From positions 523,238-587,237 of the forward strand of contig BCKQ01000011.1 of NCBI GenBank assembly GCA_001600695.1: DNA of 64,000 nucleotides. Reading direction: 5' to 3'. Positions 34,803-48,000 of the stretch are shown in pieces. The translations under genes and the position numbers were made by a program. The notes under the pieces are model-generated. The model was not told the origin of the DNA. It saw only the letters and a program-made list of their open reading frames with translations, and searched no databases. Within the stretch, counting starts at the first letter, position 1; every line of letters starts with the position of its first letter. Origin of the DNA: Ascoidea asiatica JCM 7603. Lineage: Eukaryota > Fungi > Ascomycota.

Positions 34803-35591
34803 CGTCGTTTCATAAATAACAATAATAATAATGTAGATAGTTTAAAAACTGAGATTTCAAAACAAGATTTTAATAAAGATTTTGATTTTCAATCAAATAA
34901 TGAAAAATTTAATAAAATTGATAGTTTGAGTGAATTCAATGAATTAAAATTGAAAAATAATAAATTTTCAAATATTAATAATAATATAAAAAATATTGAT
35001 AATAATAATTTAAATGATTCTAAAAAAGTTAATGATAATAGTCTTCAAAATGAAAATGAAATGGACAGTAAAATTGGTGATAAAATTGAAGATAAAACTG
35101 AAATCGAAGGTGAAAATATTAACAATAATACTACGAATGGTGATGACAATGATTTAAAAAAAGAAATACTTAAAAAATTACCAGCTCCAGAAACTTTTTA
35201 TAATAAAAAATCATCATTTTTCGATAATATTTCTTCATCTGCAAATGAAGAAAATAATAATCGTAGTCAAAATAGAAGAGGTAGAGGTAATAATAGATAC
35301 AGAGGTAATAATTATAATAACAATTATAATAGAAGAAGATATAATAATAATTATAATAATGATAATAATGATAATAATAATGAACATGGAGAAGATAATG
35401 ATTTAAATAATGAAAAGAATAATCCAAACTCTTCAAATTATAGAAATAATTATAACAATTACAATAATAATAATAGAGGTAATTCTAGAGGTAGAGGAAG
35501 TTTCAATAAATCCAGAGGTAGTTTCAATAACTATAATAATTTCAATAAAAATAATAATTATAGAAAAAATGAGGAGGAACCTCAATGGTGA
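33798..35591 (+). CDS. SCD6: Scd6/Lsm14 translational repressor
   Basis: MSQYIGKTISLIS..IRYVG Lsm domain, YVVFRGSDVKDL, DFDFQSNNEKF, YNKKSSFFDNIS, RG-rich tail. Confidence 0.95.
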
Positions 35592-36044
35592 TTAAATTTT
35601 ATAAAAAATTGCATTTTAAATATAATTTATTAATATAAATATTAAAATAATGAATTTTTTTTCAAATTATATATATATAAATGATTTTATTTACCTTTAT
35701 TATTTTTTCTCTTATTTTCTTTACTTACTTACTATTTTTTTCATCTATCTATTTATTTATCTATTTATTTATCACTCTTAGTTTTACTTATTATTGTTGC
35801 TGATAATTCTATAAAGTTATTATTTTATTTTTTTGTGTTTTCTTTACTGTTTCACTATTTTTTAAATTGTAACATTTATAAATTATTCATTCTTTTTCAT
35901 TTAAAAATTCTTATTTTATTTATTCAAAAAAAAAATTATTTTACTTATTTTATTCATTCTTTTATTTAATTTTTTTTTAAATAATTACAATTATCTACAA
36001 AAATAATAAATTTTTTTTAACATTTTCTTTTTTCAACTTATATT

Positions 36045-36476
36045 TTAATAATCTAAAGCAAAATCAGTAGTAATTGTATCTAAATTACTAATTTTATTCA
36101 AATTTGAAAAATCTTTAATTCTATTATTTTGATTATTAATACCAATTGGACTTAAGAAATTTAAATTTCTCTTTAATAAAATACCAAAATTTTTACCATT
36201 TTTTATACATTTTTTTAAATATGGTTTAAAAGTTAATAAAAACATTGCAGTTGCAAAACCTTGAATTAAAGGCATTAATAATTGATCTTTGATAATTGCA
36301 AAGATTATAATTTTGGGAGTTATCATTGGTAATGGATCTGAATTTATATTTATATTCATATTTTTATTTTTGATTTGAATTGATTTTGCTTCTTCAATTG
36401 CATATTTACTCAAAGCTTTTCTAAAACTACTTTCAAATCTTAAATCTGGAATTGGAATTGTTATTTGCTTTGACAT
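36045..36476 (-). CDS. DUF1770 (Atg43-related) small membrane protein
   Basis: IPDLRFESSF and IIKDQLLMPLIQGF followed by a hydrophobic stretch. Confidence 0.7.
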   Translation of the reverse strand: MSKQITIPIPDLRFESSFRKALSKYAIEEAKSIQIKNKNMNININSDPLPMITPKIIIFAIIKDQLLMPLIQGFATAMFLLTFKPYLKKCIKNGKNFGILLKRNLNFLSPIGINNQNNRIKDFSNLNKISNLDTITTDFALDY

Positions 36477-37017
36477 TGTGATGATTTTATGAATTTAATA
36501 ATGAATTTAATAATAAATTGAATAATGAAATGAATAATGAAATGAATACTTGAATATATTTCAAATGAATTTAACAATTAAAATATAAATGAATTAAACA
36601 TTGGAGTTTTCTTTCATTAAAACTTGAGCATGTTCGAAGTTTGGCGAATATAAGAAATAAAGGGGGGTCTAACGAAAAATGACCCCGGGGTTTAATTCCA
36701 GACCTCCTTTGTAGACCCCTTGCAGACCTCTTTTTCAATTAATTTCAAAACTACTGAAACTTTCTGGGGAAGTCAACAAAAAAAAAGAGAATAAAATAAA
36801 AGAATAAAAGAAATGAGGACTAGAAATATTAGAAATATTGGAAAGATCAAAAATATTAAATGAATCATTTGAATTGAGGTTTTACACAATGCTCTTAGAA
36901 ATTTAGAAATTTAGAAATTTAAATATTTTTATTTTTTATTATTTATTTTTAATTTTTTATTTTGAAAAATCAGATTAATGAGGTAAAAAGTTTTAGGTGA
37001 ATAAAAAAATTAAATAA

Positions 37018-37048
<31 letters not shown>

Positions 37049-37128
37049 TAAGGAAATGATACAAAAATCTACTAACTGAAAAGAATATAAAGTAAAATAA
37101 GTATTGATAAAATTAGAGATTAAAAGAA

Positions 37129-38076
37129 TTATTCTTCAAATACAGTAACTTGATCACCGATATAAGGAACTTTAGCTAATACACCTCTCATATATTCATA
37201 AACAGTAAAAGTAACAGCTTGACCAGGAGCAACTCTCATAATTCTTGGAGTAATACCTTTATATAAAGCAGCAATACCTTCTTCAGCAATTAATCTTTTA
37301 CCAATTCTAGTCATTCTTGCAATTCCAGTTTCATTTAATACACCAGTTTCTCTTTGCATTCTTGTTTTTATTGTATCTAAAGGAGCATTTGATAAAGGAC
37401 CTAAAGCACCAGAAATTAAACCAATACTTGAAGTTTGCCAAGATGGTAAAACTTCAGTATGTTGATAATCTTGTAAGAATTCTTTTATTTTTGAATAAAC
37501 AGTAAAATTTACACCTTGATTTGAAGCTTGTCTTGCAGCAGTTAAAGTTACACCTCTATATAAAGTTAAAAAACCTTCTTCTTTTGCAATTAAATAAGCA
37601 GCATGAGGAGCATTTCTATATTTTGGTTGACCTAAAGGATCAGACATTGAATGTCTTTGAGCTTGTAATCTAATTTTAACAACTTCCATTGGAGTTACAA
37701 TACAAACAGCTTCAGTAATACCAGCACCAACACCAGATATAAAAGTTTTTGCAGTTGTAATTGTACCATCCTCTTTTCTAAATAAAGATCTATAATATTC
37801 ATAAGAAGTAAATCTTATAGCCATTTTTGGTACAATACCAATAACAACAGCACCTAAACCTTTATAAAGACCAAAAAAAGTTTCATTTTTTGCAATTGAA
37901 ATACCAGTTTTTATAAAACCAGGAGATTTACCAGCAGTTTTTCTATGTAATTGCATTCTAACTTTTATTGTATCTAATGGATGACAACATAAAGCTTCAA
38001 ATAAACCTGCTGTACCACCAGCAATTAAATCAACTGCTGGATTTTTTCTTTGAGTATTATTTGTACTTGGAGCCAT
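37129..38076 (-). CDS. SFC1: Mitochondrial succinate-fumarate carrier
   Basis: AGGTAGLFEALCCHPLDTIKVRMQ, PKMAIRF, RQASNQGVNFTVY, PRIMRVAPGQAVTF. Confidence 0.96.
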   Translation of the reverse strand: MAPSTNNTQRKNPAVDLIAGGTAGLFEALCCHPLDTIKVRMQLHRKTAGKSPGFIKTGISIAKNETFFGLYKGLGAVVIGIVPKMAIRFTSYEYYRSLFRKEDGTITTAKTFISGVGAGITEAVCIVTPMEVVKIRLQAQRHSMSDPLGQPKYRNAPHAAYLIAKEEGFLTLYRGVTLTAARQASNQGVNFTVYSKIKEFLQDYQHTEVLPSWQTSSIGLISGALGPLSNAPLDTIKTRMQRETGVLNETGIARMTRIGKRLIAEEGIAALYKGITPRIMRVAPGQAVTFTVYEYMRGVLAKVPYIGDQVTVFEE

Positions 38077-40018
38077 TTTAATTTATACAAGAAGAATATG
38101 AATAAGAATATGAATAAGAATATGAAGAAGAATATGAAATAGGAAAAAAAGGTAATTTATAAGTGACAAGAAGGAATAGCAAATCAAATACAAATAATAA
38201 CTAGATATTTATATTTATATATATATATATATATATATATTAGTTGGATATGGATACAGATACCAGTACAAATTTAAATGTTAATATGAATAAGGATAGA
38301 AATAATAAATATAAAAGATAATAAAGAAATGAAAAGTTATATATTTATAGAAAGAATTGAATAAAAATAAGAATTTGAAATCAGAATTTGAAATCAAAAA
38401 TCTGAAATTAAAAATTAGAAATTAGAAATTAGAAATTGAAAGTGAAAATTGAAAATGAAAATTGAAAAAGGTTGCATAAAAACAAGGTAATTTACCTTGA
38501 TGCGGAGTGAGAGATGATTAGTTCCGAAGAAAACAAAGTGAAAAAAGGCCCAAAAAGAAGAGTGAATTCAATTCAAGTTTAAATCCAGAAGCCCAAAGAG
38601 GATAAATTGCAGACATTGCAGAAAAGAATTGTCATGTTTTCTTGCAACTGGCTTCAAAGGCTTCAAAGGCTTCAAAGGCCTTTAAAGGTGGTTTAATTGA
38701 ATTAAAAGTGGATTTTAAATGGGTTGGGCCATTGGCTGAAAGGATTGGAGATTACTTCAGTAACTGTTAACTATTTACCAAACGTTCGTTGAAAGTGCCT
38801 GAGGATTAATAATAATAACATAAACATGATTAAGTATGAATATCAATAAGACTGATACTGTGATTGTGAATTTGCTTATGAATTTGAATATGAACGAGGG
38901 CAGAACGAGAGCGAGGAGGTTGACTGCTGCTGTGTTTACAGCTGTGTTTACAGCTCTGTTTGCTGGTGTGTTTACTGGGCACTTCTTCGAGCGGATCAAA
39001 GACTGTTTGCTGTTTGCTGTTTGCAGTTTGCAGTTTGCTGTGCTCGCTCAGACTCAGAGTCTCGCTGCGACCGAGAAGGAAGTCCGATCCGGGGAAATTC
39101 CAGTTTCAACCATCAACACAGCACAAACACAGCACAAACACAACACAAACACTCCAAAACACTCCAGTTCAATGGCTCTAGTTGTTTCGTGGGGAAATCT
39201 TCTCTCTTTTCATTCACCATCGTCAATCACCCTTTAGCTCTTGGGCCTTCTTCTTGACCATCTTTCTGACCTTCTTTTTCTTCTTCTTCTTCTTTTTCGG
39301 TTAATTCAAATGGCTTATCAGTAGTCAAATAACAGAAAAGATGCACACTAGCCCTGTAGCGTGGCTGATCATTTTTCATACTATTGAATTCACCAGCCAT
39401 AACAACCCTTGCTGTGGCGTTGGCTCAAAGCAGACGAGTCCGCATGACCAGAACAATCGCGAGTTTCCCCGGGGCCCTGTTTGTTGCCAACACTGTGGGT
39501 CGTTGTATTGCCTGACCTCGGAGCTTGCCTGCTGCCAGCCTATCTTTAACCGCTGATATGCTACTAAACGTTTGCTATGCCAGTATTTGGAAGACTGCAG
39601 GGTGAAAATACTTCTTCTTCAGGCCCGCCAACCGTGCTCGCTTCCGACTCTCGTTCTTTGCCATTGGCCATTCGTCACCGGACTCTATTGTAAAGGATCA
39701 CGTGTGCTATTTGTTTTTTCTGTTGATGTGTCTAGGGCTCTTATTATCCTTTTTCTACGCTACCGTAAAACTGGTTTCATTTTTTACTTTTGTCTAGGGC
39801 TCTTATTCTGATTTTTTTCCTCGGTTATATTACTTGGTTAAACCTTTTTTTTTTCAGGGTCCTCATACGTAAATAAATGTTATTTTAATTGTAGATATAA
39901 ATGTAAATGTAAATGTGATATTTGATATTAAAAGAAAGATATAATGCCTAAAAGAATAAAAAAACAATAAAAAACTAGTAATAAAAATACTTAATTATAA
40001 AATTAAAAGAAGATTCAT

Positions 40019-40660
40019 TCATTTATAATAAGTTCTTGCTGATGAAATATTAATTAATCCAGAATCTCTAAAACATATTGGAATTGGTGATTGATTTAAA
40101 GTATATTGACTTAATGTAAATCTTAAAAAATAATTTCCTGTTACTTTAATACCTAAATCTTTAAATTTAAATTCAATTGTTCTATAACTTAAGTTTTTCT
40201 TTCTTTCTTTATTATTTCTATTATTATTTTCATAATTATTACTAATTAAAAATTTTGTACCTATTAGAATATTTTGATCTTTTAAAATTGATTTATTATT
40301 AAAATCAAAAATTGTAACATCAACAAAATATTGTACAAAAACATTATTATTATAGCAAACTTTTAACTCTAATTTATTAATTGGTTGTAACAATCTTTTT
40401 GAACTTGGTGTTGATTGTCTACCTTTATAAGAACATTCAATAAATTTAAATTCAAAATTATTTTCCATTATATTATTATTTTCTGTTTTTGTTTTTTTTT
40501 TTTTTTTAAAATTTGTTGTATCAAAATTAATTAAATCTAAATTACTTAGATCTAAATTACTAAAATCTAAATTACTCAAATCAATTTCACTTAAATCAAT
40601 TTCAACTAAATTTATTTCATTCAAACTTATCTCATCTAAATTAAACATTTCCAATTCCAA
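40019..40660 (-). CDS. Divergent velvet-domain protein with N-terminal pentapeptide-like repeats (first ATG at 40648)
   Basis: GR..KRLLQP..LELKV, NILIGT, FKFKDLGIKVTGNYFLRFTL, SGLINISSARTY follow the velvet consensus in order. Confidence 0.7.
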   Translation of the reverse strand: MELEMFNLDEISLNEINLVEIDLSEIDLSNLDFSNLDLSNLDLINFDTTNFKKKKKTKTENNNIMENNFEFKFIECSYKGRQSTPSSKRLLQPINKLELKVCYNNNVFVQYFVDVTIFDFNNKSILKDQNILIGTKFLISNNYENNNRNNKERKKNLSYRTIEFKFKDLGIKVTGNYFLRFTLSQYTLNQSPIPICFRDSGLINISSARTYYK

Positions 40661-41455
40661 TTAAATATTATATTCTCTATTGAATATTTCTATTCTTATA
40701 TTATATCTCTCCATTTTAAAAGAATATTTCTTTTCTTTTATAATATAATAATCATTTTTAATTAATTTATTTTCACTTACTAATATTATATTATAATTCA
40801 ATATGTAATTATAATAATCATCATAATAATAATCATAATAATAATCATAATAAAGACCCATAAATTGAGTAGAAATATAATAAATCCATATTTTTAACCA
40901 ATGTGAAAATAAATTTTCATTAATTTGGATCTTTTTTGTCATATTTTTCTCTTTAAATTATCTTGAAGTTTCTTGTATTATTTTCAATTATTTTCAGTTG
41001 AATTTATATGGATTTGTAATTTGGAATCCAAAAAAAAAGAAGCGTGAATATTTCAGAACATTCTTTTTAAAGCGTGTATATATCATAACACCAGTTTAGT
41101 AAGTATTTTCGAGCTAAAATGTCATGAATTTTTATTAACCTTTGATTACTTACTAATACAATTAAATAATAAATATTAGTTACTAAACATTTAATCAAAA
41201 GCCACTTCAAGAAATTTTTGGATACAATAGTTATCAATTGTCATTAATACAGAATATGTGATTATAGAATCCATTGTATTTTATTATAATATTAAATAAT
41301 GTTATAAGGACTCAATTGAGTGAAGAGTGGATACAATATTTAAGTAACGTTAATAATTAACTAAAGAGATTTATTAGATTAATGGGTATAATATTAATAA
41401 AAAGTATATATAAATAATTATATAAATTTAAATAGAGAGAAAAATGAAACTTTAA

Positions 41456-41784
41456 CTAAATTGGTAAAATTTTAACTTCTTGATCTTCTTCAACAGTTGC
41501 AATATCTTTATGAGAAGATAATGAAGATGAATGAATTTCTGGTAATTTAACTGTAAAACCTTTAAATAAAGAAAATTCATCAGTAATTTTAGCACCTATT
41601 TTACTTAAATCATTTTTAACTTGATTATATTTTTCATCACTTGTACCATCTTTTAAGGTTACCTATAAAAAAACATTTTATTAGTTTTATTAATTCAATT
41701 ATATTTGATTTAAATTATTTTAATTTAACTTATTTTATTTTAATAATTTGATATACGTACAATATATGTTTTTAAACCAGACAT
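41456..41784 (-). CDS. PBI2: Protease B inhibitor (I9 family), 76 aa, two exons: 41784-41761 and 41662-41456
   Basis: Spliced product MSGLKTYIVTLKDGTSDEKY...EFSLFKGFTVKLP...VEEDQEVKILPI; 98-nt intron GTACGT...AACTAAT...TAG; absent from the ORF track. Confidence 0.9.
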
Positions 41785-44574
41785 TTTTATTATTTGAGAT
41801 TTGAATAGATTTGTGAGCAATTGAAATGATAGTTTATTTTAATTACTAATGATAATAATAATATAATAAAAGTTCTTCTAAATAGTGTTTATAAAGTAAA
41901 TAAATAATCAAAGAGAATTCAATTTACTTATATTTATATTTATATTTAATATTTATATTTATATTAATATTTATTGTAATAAAGTTGATAAGAAACTTGC
42001 TAAAAGTAATGAGAGAGATGAGCCCCGTTGATCTGGGACTTACTGGGAACTAGATTCAACCACTCATTTTGGGGGCCTGAGGAGTTCAAGTCGAGAGGCA
42101 AATTTGCCATAGTGAAGCCTGGAACAAGACTGGAGCGAAGCAAGCTGACAAGTGTTTTGTCTGACGCAACTTCCGCTGGTTATAGTTGCTTGGGAGATCC
42201 AAAAGCACGTTTACCTTCTGTAAACGGGAGATTTCCGGTGCAGCGAATGAAACGAGGATTCGATAACGTAAGCAAAGTCAATAAAAAGCGATTTATTTCG
42301 AGACAACGAAGAAATGTTTGGTAAAGATGAATAAATGATGAACAAATGATAAAATATTGATGAATCAAATGATCAAGAAATGATTAATAAACAGAAAAAG
42401 GAATCTAGAATTGAGATTGATTTTAGCAACTATTATATATTAGATCTTCTTGAATTAATAAAAAATTATTAAATTCATTTTGAAATGAATTTAATTGATT
42501 ATCGTTTAATGTGATTGAAAATCCTCTAATTTGATTAAAATTTATATCATTTTCAATATTGCAGTTTATCTTTTTAACAAAATTCTTAATTTCAAAATAT
42601 TTTCTAATTGTAGTTTCTTTATTTATTGTGACCTATTTTTATATATTTAACAAAATATTGTTTATTCATGCCAATTGATTTTGATTGTTAGAATATAAAA
42701 TTTTGAAAAAAGAAAAGATAAAAGTGAAGGTGAATTGAATAACTGTTGCTTACAATATATTGTTTTGAATTTGAGAATGCATTCACTTTTTTTAAATTAT
42801 TCAATTTATTATAATCATTGAAATCTTTAATGTCTTTCAACCCAGTGAATTTTTCCATTTCTAGTAACTGTTAAATCAACAATAAACTTCTGTTTTATTT
42901 GGACTCTGATAACAAACACTCTGATAACATAGAAAGCACTCTGATAACTGCAATCTTTCACGTCTCAGATAACTAAGAGAAAACTCACGATTCGTAATCG
43001 ATCCACAACACTGGTAGCAAAACAAGTCTGGTTCTAATTCTTTTCTTAATTTCCGTGATACGGATTTACCTTTTTTACTTGAATCCGTTTCCAAAAGCGG
43101 TTTCATCAATTTTTATTTTATTTGAACGTTATCCTACAGCACAATGCATGCTACCGGTTCCCTGGAACAGTATGCATATTTATTCATAACTTCTCAAATA
43201 GGAATTTCCAAATTGGGAGAGATTTTATTTAATTCAAAAGAAATATTTAATTTGTCTCATTTATATTGATTAGCTACTCAAATATAATAGATATGAGCGA
43301 TGAAAAGAATATTAAAGAAAAAGAAAAATGATAAAACTCAGTTAAATGTATAGTTTCAATTTTTACTAGTAGACAGGTACTAATAATTTTGGCCAATTTG
43401 TAGATTATTTATTTTGAAACATGAAGAAATTTATGCAATTTTAATCTATAAGGATCTAATTCATGTATTTGGATTTCTTGAATAGTCAAATTTAATGATT
43501 TCATTGACTATTCAACCAAATTTTATTAGAGTTAGTACTGTAATTAAAAACATTAAATCACCATGATTTGATGAAAAGTATTTGAAAAAATGTTATAAAC
43601 TTATATTTTCTCCAGAAATCAATTTATATAATAAGCTATTGAATTACAGAAGTATAGAAAAAGCTTGCAAGTAAACGTAATATTGTAAGTGGATATACTG
43701 TATAATACTTATTCAGTAACTAAGGTTTTTGTAAAATATGCTGAAGCTCAATTGGATAATCGACTTCAAAGGTGAGATAAATCAAGAGCTCATTTATTTT
43801 GTTTCAAAGCTTCTTTGAACTCTTTAAGAAAGTTAGAGTAAGCAAATGATTAAATTGATTAAAAATCATTGTGTTTATTTGCAAAGAGAAGTCAAACAGT
43901 CGGTGGCTGTGAGAGACCAGGTAAAAATAACAACAGTACATGAAGTCGGATAAAGGTCCAGATTTAAAGAAAATTGAGACTGAATAGCTTTAAAAATTGA
44001 ATGAATTCAATGAATTTGAACGAGTTGCAATGGACTTTTGGCTTATTTACAGTATCAAATCTTGCAATAAGAATATGATTATTAATATTTTACATTTTAC
44101 CTCGTATTTTGGTCAGGTTATCTCTAAAGTCATCTGAACAAGTGCTTTTTAGCTCAACCTTTTCCTATAGAAATGTATCTAGGAGTTTTACCTCAAATGC
44201 AAGGAACATTCTCACCTCAGGTCATTCAATAGCTTATTGGTAAATCAGCTTTAAGAAGTTTTCTTTACCAAAATTCAATACTTTGTAAATTATTTTGTAT
44301 TTGTCAACTGAAACTAGACTCAAATGTCATCTTATTGTTAAGAATAACTTCAATTATTTGTTCTAAAATGAAATGCTATATAAGGACTTTAAAACTTTGC
44401 TTTTCATACATTAGAATATCCTAGCTTTTAAAACTCAAATAAAAATTCAAAAAAAAGAAATATACTAAATAACTTCAACAAATAAACTTTGCAATCTCAA
44501 TCTTCTGTTCTATTTTTGTCAAAAAAAAAAAAAATTTCAAATAAAATAAGCTTCCATCCATTCTGATAATTAAG

Positions 44575-47375
44575 ATGCCATTATCAAATATAGTTCCCTA
44601 TTTTTTTAACGAAAATGCTACAACTTGTAATCTTGTCTCACTTAAAATTGAATCAAATGTTTTAAATGATTTTCTAGCAAATGTTTATTTCGAATTTATA
44701 AAATTACTCCAAAAGTCTATAAAGAAAATGAAAAGGAAAATGAAAAAGACAATAAAAATAATAATGATATTGAAGAGAATGAGTATACTTTCAATTATCC
44801 TGTCCAAAATTCTTCTTCAATTTACTCTTTTATTTTCACAATCATAGATTTAGATAAAGATCCTGAATTTAATACAAAAGTTCTTAAAGGTAAATGCTTT
44901 CCTAAGAAAAAAGCGAAAAAATTGTTTAATTATGTTAAAGAAAAACATAAAGATAAATCAATTGGTTTAACTTCTTCAATTTCAAATGATTCATTTCAAA
45001 TTAATTTATCAAATTTACCAGTTAATGCAATCGTCAAAATTCAATTAAATTATGATATCAAATTAAATTTTGATACTCAATATAATGCTTATAGGCTCTT
45101 TGTACCTTTATCTTTGGCTGACAGATATATCTCTTTAAATGATTTAATTTCTGAAAATTCAAATAATCCAACTTTTTTAAATTACATCAATCAAAAGTCA
45201 GTAAATCTAAATTCTGATAATCACGCTTTAACATTGATTACAAATTTCAACAAACCATATAGTAAAGTTGAATGTATTTCAAATCATCATGAAGACTCAA
45301 AAGGTTCTATATATTCAAATACTAAACAAATTATTTATTCAAATGAATCTTTTTCAAAGTTTATTTCTAATAATGTCAATGAAAGATATTTGGATAAATT
45401 GAACACTGAATATGTACTTATTTTAAGTAAGGATAATTATTCAAATTTAAATAATTTAACTATTTTCAATAGCAATTTACCCTCAAATTTCAAAATAATC
45501 ACTCAATTTCCTTATAATAAATGTATTTCTTTAAATTTATCATTAAATGAATTAATAAATTTACCCTCTAATGTTAAAAATAATTCAAAAAATTTTAAAA
45601 AAAATATTTATTTCTTAATTGATAGATCTGGATCAATGAGTGGTAATCCTATTGCATTATTGAAAGATTCTTTGAAATTATTTTTAGCTTCTTTTCCAAA
45701 TGATCCTAACATTTCATTAAATATAGTTTCATTTGGATCTGAATCCTATCCATTATTCAAAGATTCTTCAAAAACAATTGAGAATCAAGAAACTTATAAT
45801 TTAATTAAAAATTTTATTGATTCCATTGATGCTAATCTTGGTGGTACTGAAGTGTCTGGCGCTTTAAAAACTACCCATAATTTGATCAAACAAGATTTGA
45901 AGTTATTTACAAATATAAATCCAGAAACTATTGTTGAAAATGAAATAATATTATTAACAGATGGATCAGTATGGAATATTGATCCGATTTTATATAAAAT
46001 CAAAGCTTTCAAAGATGTTCAATTAAATTCAATCAATAAAAGTTCAACAGTAAGATATTTTTCATTAGGTGTTGGTAATGGTGTTTCACATGATTTAGTT
46101 GATTCAATTTCCAATATTGGCGATGGATATTCTCAATATGTCCAAGAAAAAGAAAGAATGGAAGTAAAAATTATCAAATTATTAACTTCAATTTTAGCAT
46201 CCCCTTTCGAATTTTTTTCTTTACAAATGAGAAACAATAGAACCAATGAGTATAAAGAAGTACAAAAAGATTCGGAAGAAGACGACTTTGTTATGATTGA
46301 ATTAGAAAATAATTTCAGCAAAAAATTGAATCTTGAATTTAAAAATAAATCAAGAAAAAATAAAGAAATCTCAAATAATTATTTGATTTTACCTTCTAAT
46401 CCTCAATTATTTTTAGGTATCGATAATAATTATTTTATTTTCTATAATGATGAAAGCAAAAGCTTTAATGATTTAAATGAATTCAGTGAATTTAAATTAA
46501 TATCTGAAAATCCATTCAATGATAAAAAAATTGAAATTTCTGGAGAGCTTAAAACAATCACAAATAGTAAAATTAATGACTTGATTTTCAGAAGTGGCGT
46601 TAAAGCTTACTTGAGTGAGTTTTCTAAGAAGGAAATTGAATTAAAATTAGCATCAAAATTCGAAGCTATTGCTCTAAATTTTAGTCTTGTTTCAAAGTGG
46701 ACATCATTGTTAGCCGTTGATGAAGTTGAAAAAATTTCAGATGAATTTGAAGAAGTTGATGGAAAATTTGGTGCAGGAGTTTCCTCATTCACCCATATGA
46801 AAACCTCAATTAATGCTCTTCAAAGGTTTGCAGCTTCACCCATGAGATTATCAAATTTACCTGGAGAAGTTGGTGTAAGAACTTCAGCTAGTTTTACTCA
46901 AATGAGTAGTGCTTCATTCTCAGTAACTTCTCAAAGTTCAAACCGATTTTCTCAAGCTCCAAGCTTATTTTCCCAAAAATTAAACCCATTACCTTATTCT
47001 TTTGCTAATAAAAAAGCCATCAATGTTACTACCTCAATTTCAAATAGAGAACAAGAAGGGCTTATAGGAACCTGTATGGGAAATAGCAAATTGCCGAAAT
47101 CGAGCCCAAGAACAAATATTTCTCTCCTTTCTGATTCTGAAAAACTTCTTAAGATCATTGAATATCAAAAGTTCGATGGTTCTTTTGAAAAATTACCCAA
47201 AGAGTTATTTGACGAAGTTATTAAGGATTCAAAAAATGCAATTGAGTATGACAATTGTGATACTTTAACTTTAACCAAGTTGATTGTTAATTACTGCAAG
47301 GATAAATTAAGTGAGCTAGAAGGGATCTGGAAATTAGCTCTTAGTAAAAGCGAAAAGTATATAGAAAGAAATTAA
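44575..47375 (+). CDS. VIT + vWA domain protein (VWA5A-like) with one frameshift near 44700
   Basis: MIDAS DRSGSM, GGTE, LTDG, SLVSKWTSLLAV, QKFDGSF; main frame is open from 44670 but the only suitable ATG (44575) is in another frame. Confidence 0.8.
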
Positions 47376-48000
47376 GTAAAACCTTTGAATAAAATCTTTT
47401 TTTTTTTTACCAAAGATAGAAATAATTACTGTAGCCTTTTTATAGTAAAATGATTTACTCTGACTAATAAACAAATAAGTGGTTATTATTTCAAGTGAAT
47501 ATTTATGCTTTTAACAATTCCAATAGTTAAGCTGTTTTGATTGAAACCTACCTTTCATTGTTTGAATAAATTAACTCAATTTCTTTTTTTTTTATTTATT
47601 TGTGAGTATTTCGATATACGGCAATCTTTCAGCATTTACGGAACTCTCCTTTAAATTTTTATATCTCACTTTAATCAAACTTTTTTTATTCAATTTAAAA
47701 AACTACAAACGATAGCATCTATGACTATTCACTCAAGTTTATACTTTTTTTTTGCAATTAATGCTGAATGTTATTGGCAAAAATAAGAAAAATTGCATTC
47801 AGAGGCAAACATAATCTAAGAAACTGGAAATGACTATTAAGTAAGAAAAGCTTCACTTTAAAATTTACCATGTCTTAGGCCTAAAATTGTACTTCATATA
47901 TAAATTTTGGGTGGCTTCTAGTTTTATTCATACTTATTCATAATTTTAGCTGATTAACTATTAAATAAAGAAATTTAGAAATTGATATTTCATATAACAA

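Noticed and set aside
38775-39811. Short ORF cluster and a possible CSRE upstream of SFC1
   Set aside because: ORFs derive from simple repeats; CCATT/CCG spacings do not match the CSRE consensus
43290-44100. Possible decayed gene with intron-like signals
   Set aside because: Frames are repeatedly interrupted and no family is recognisable
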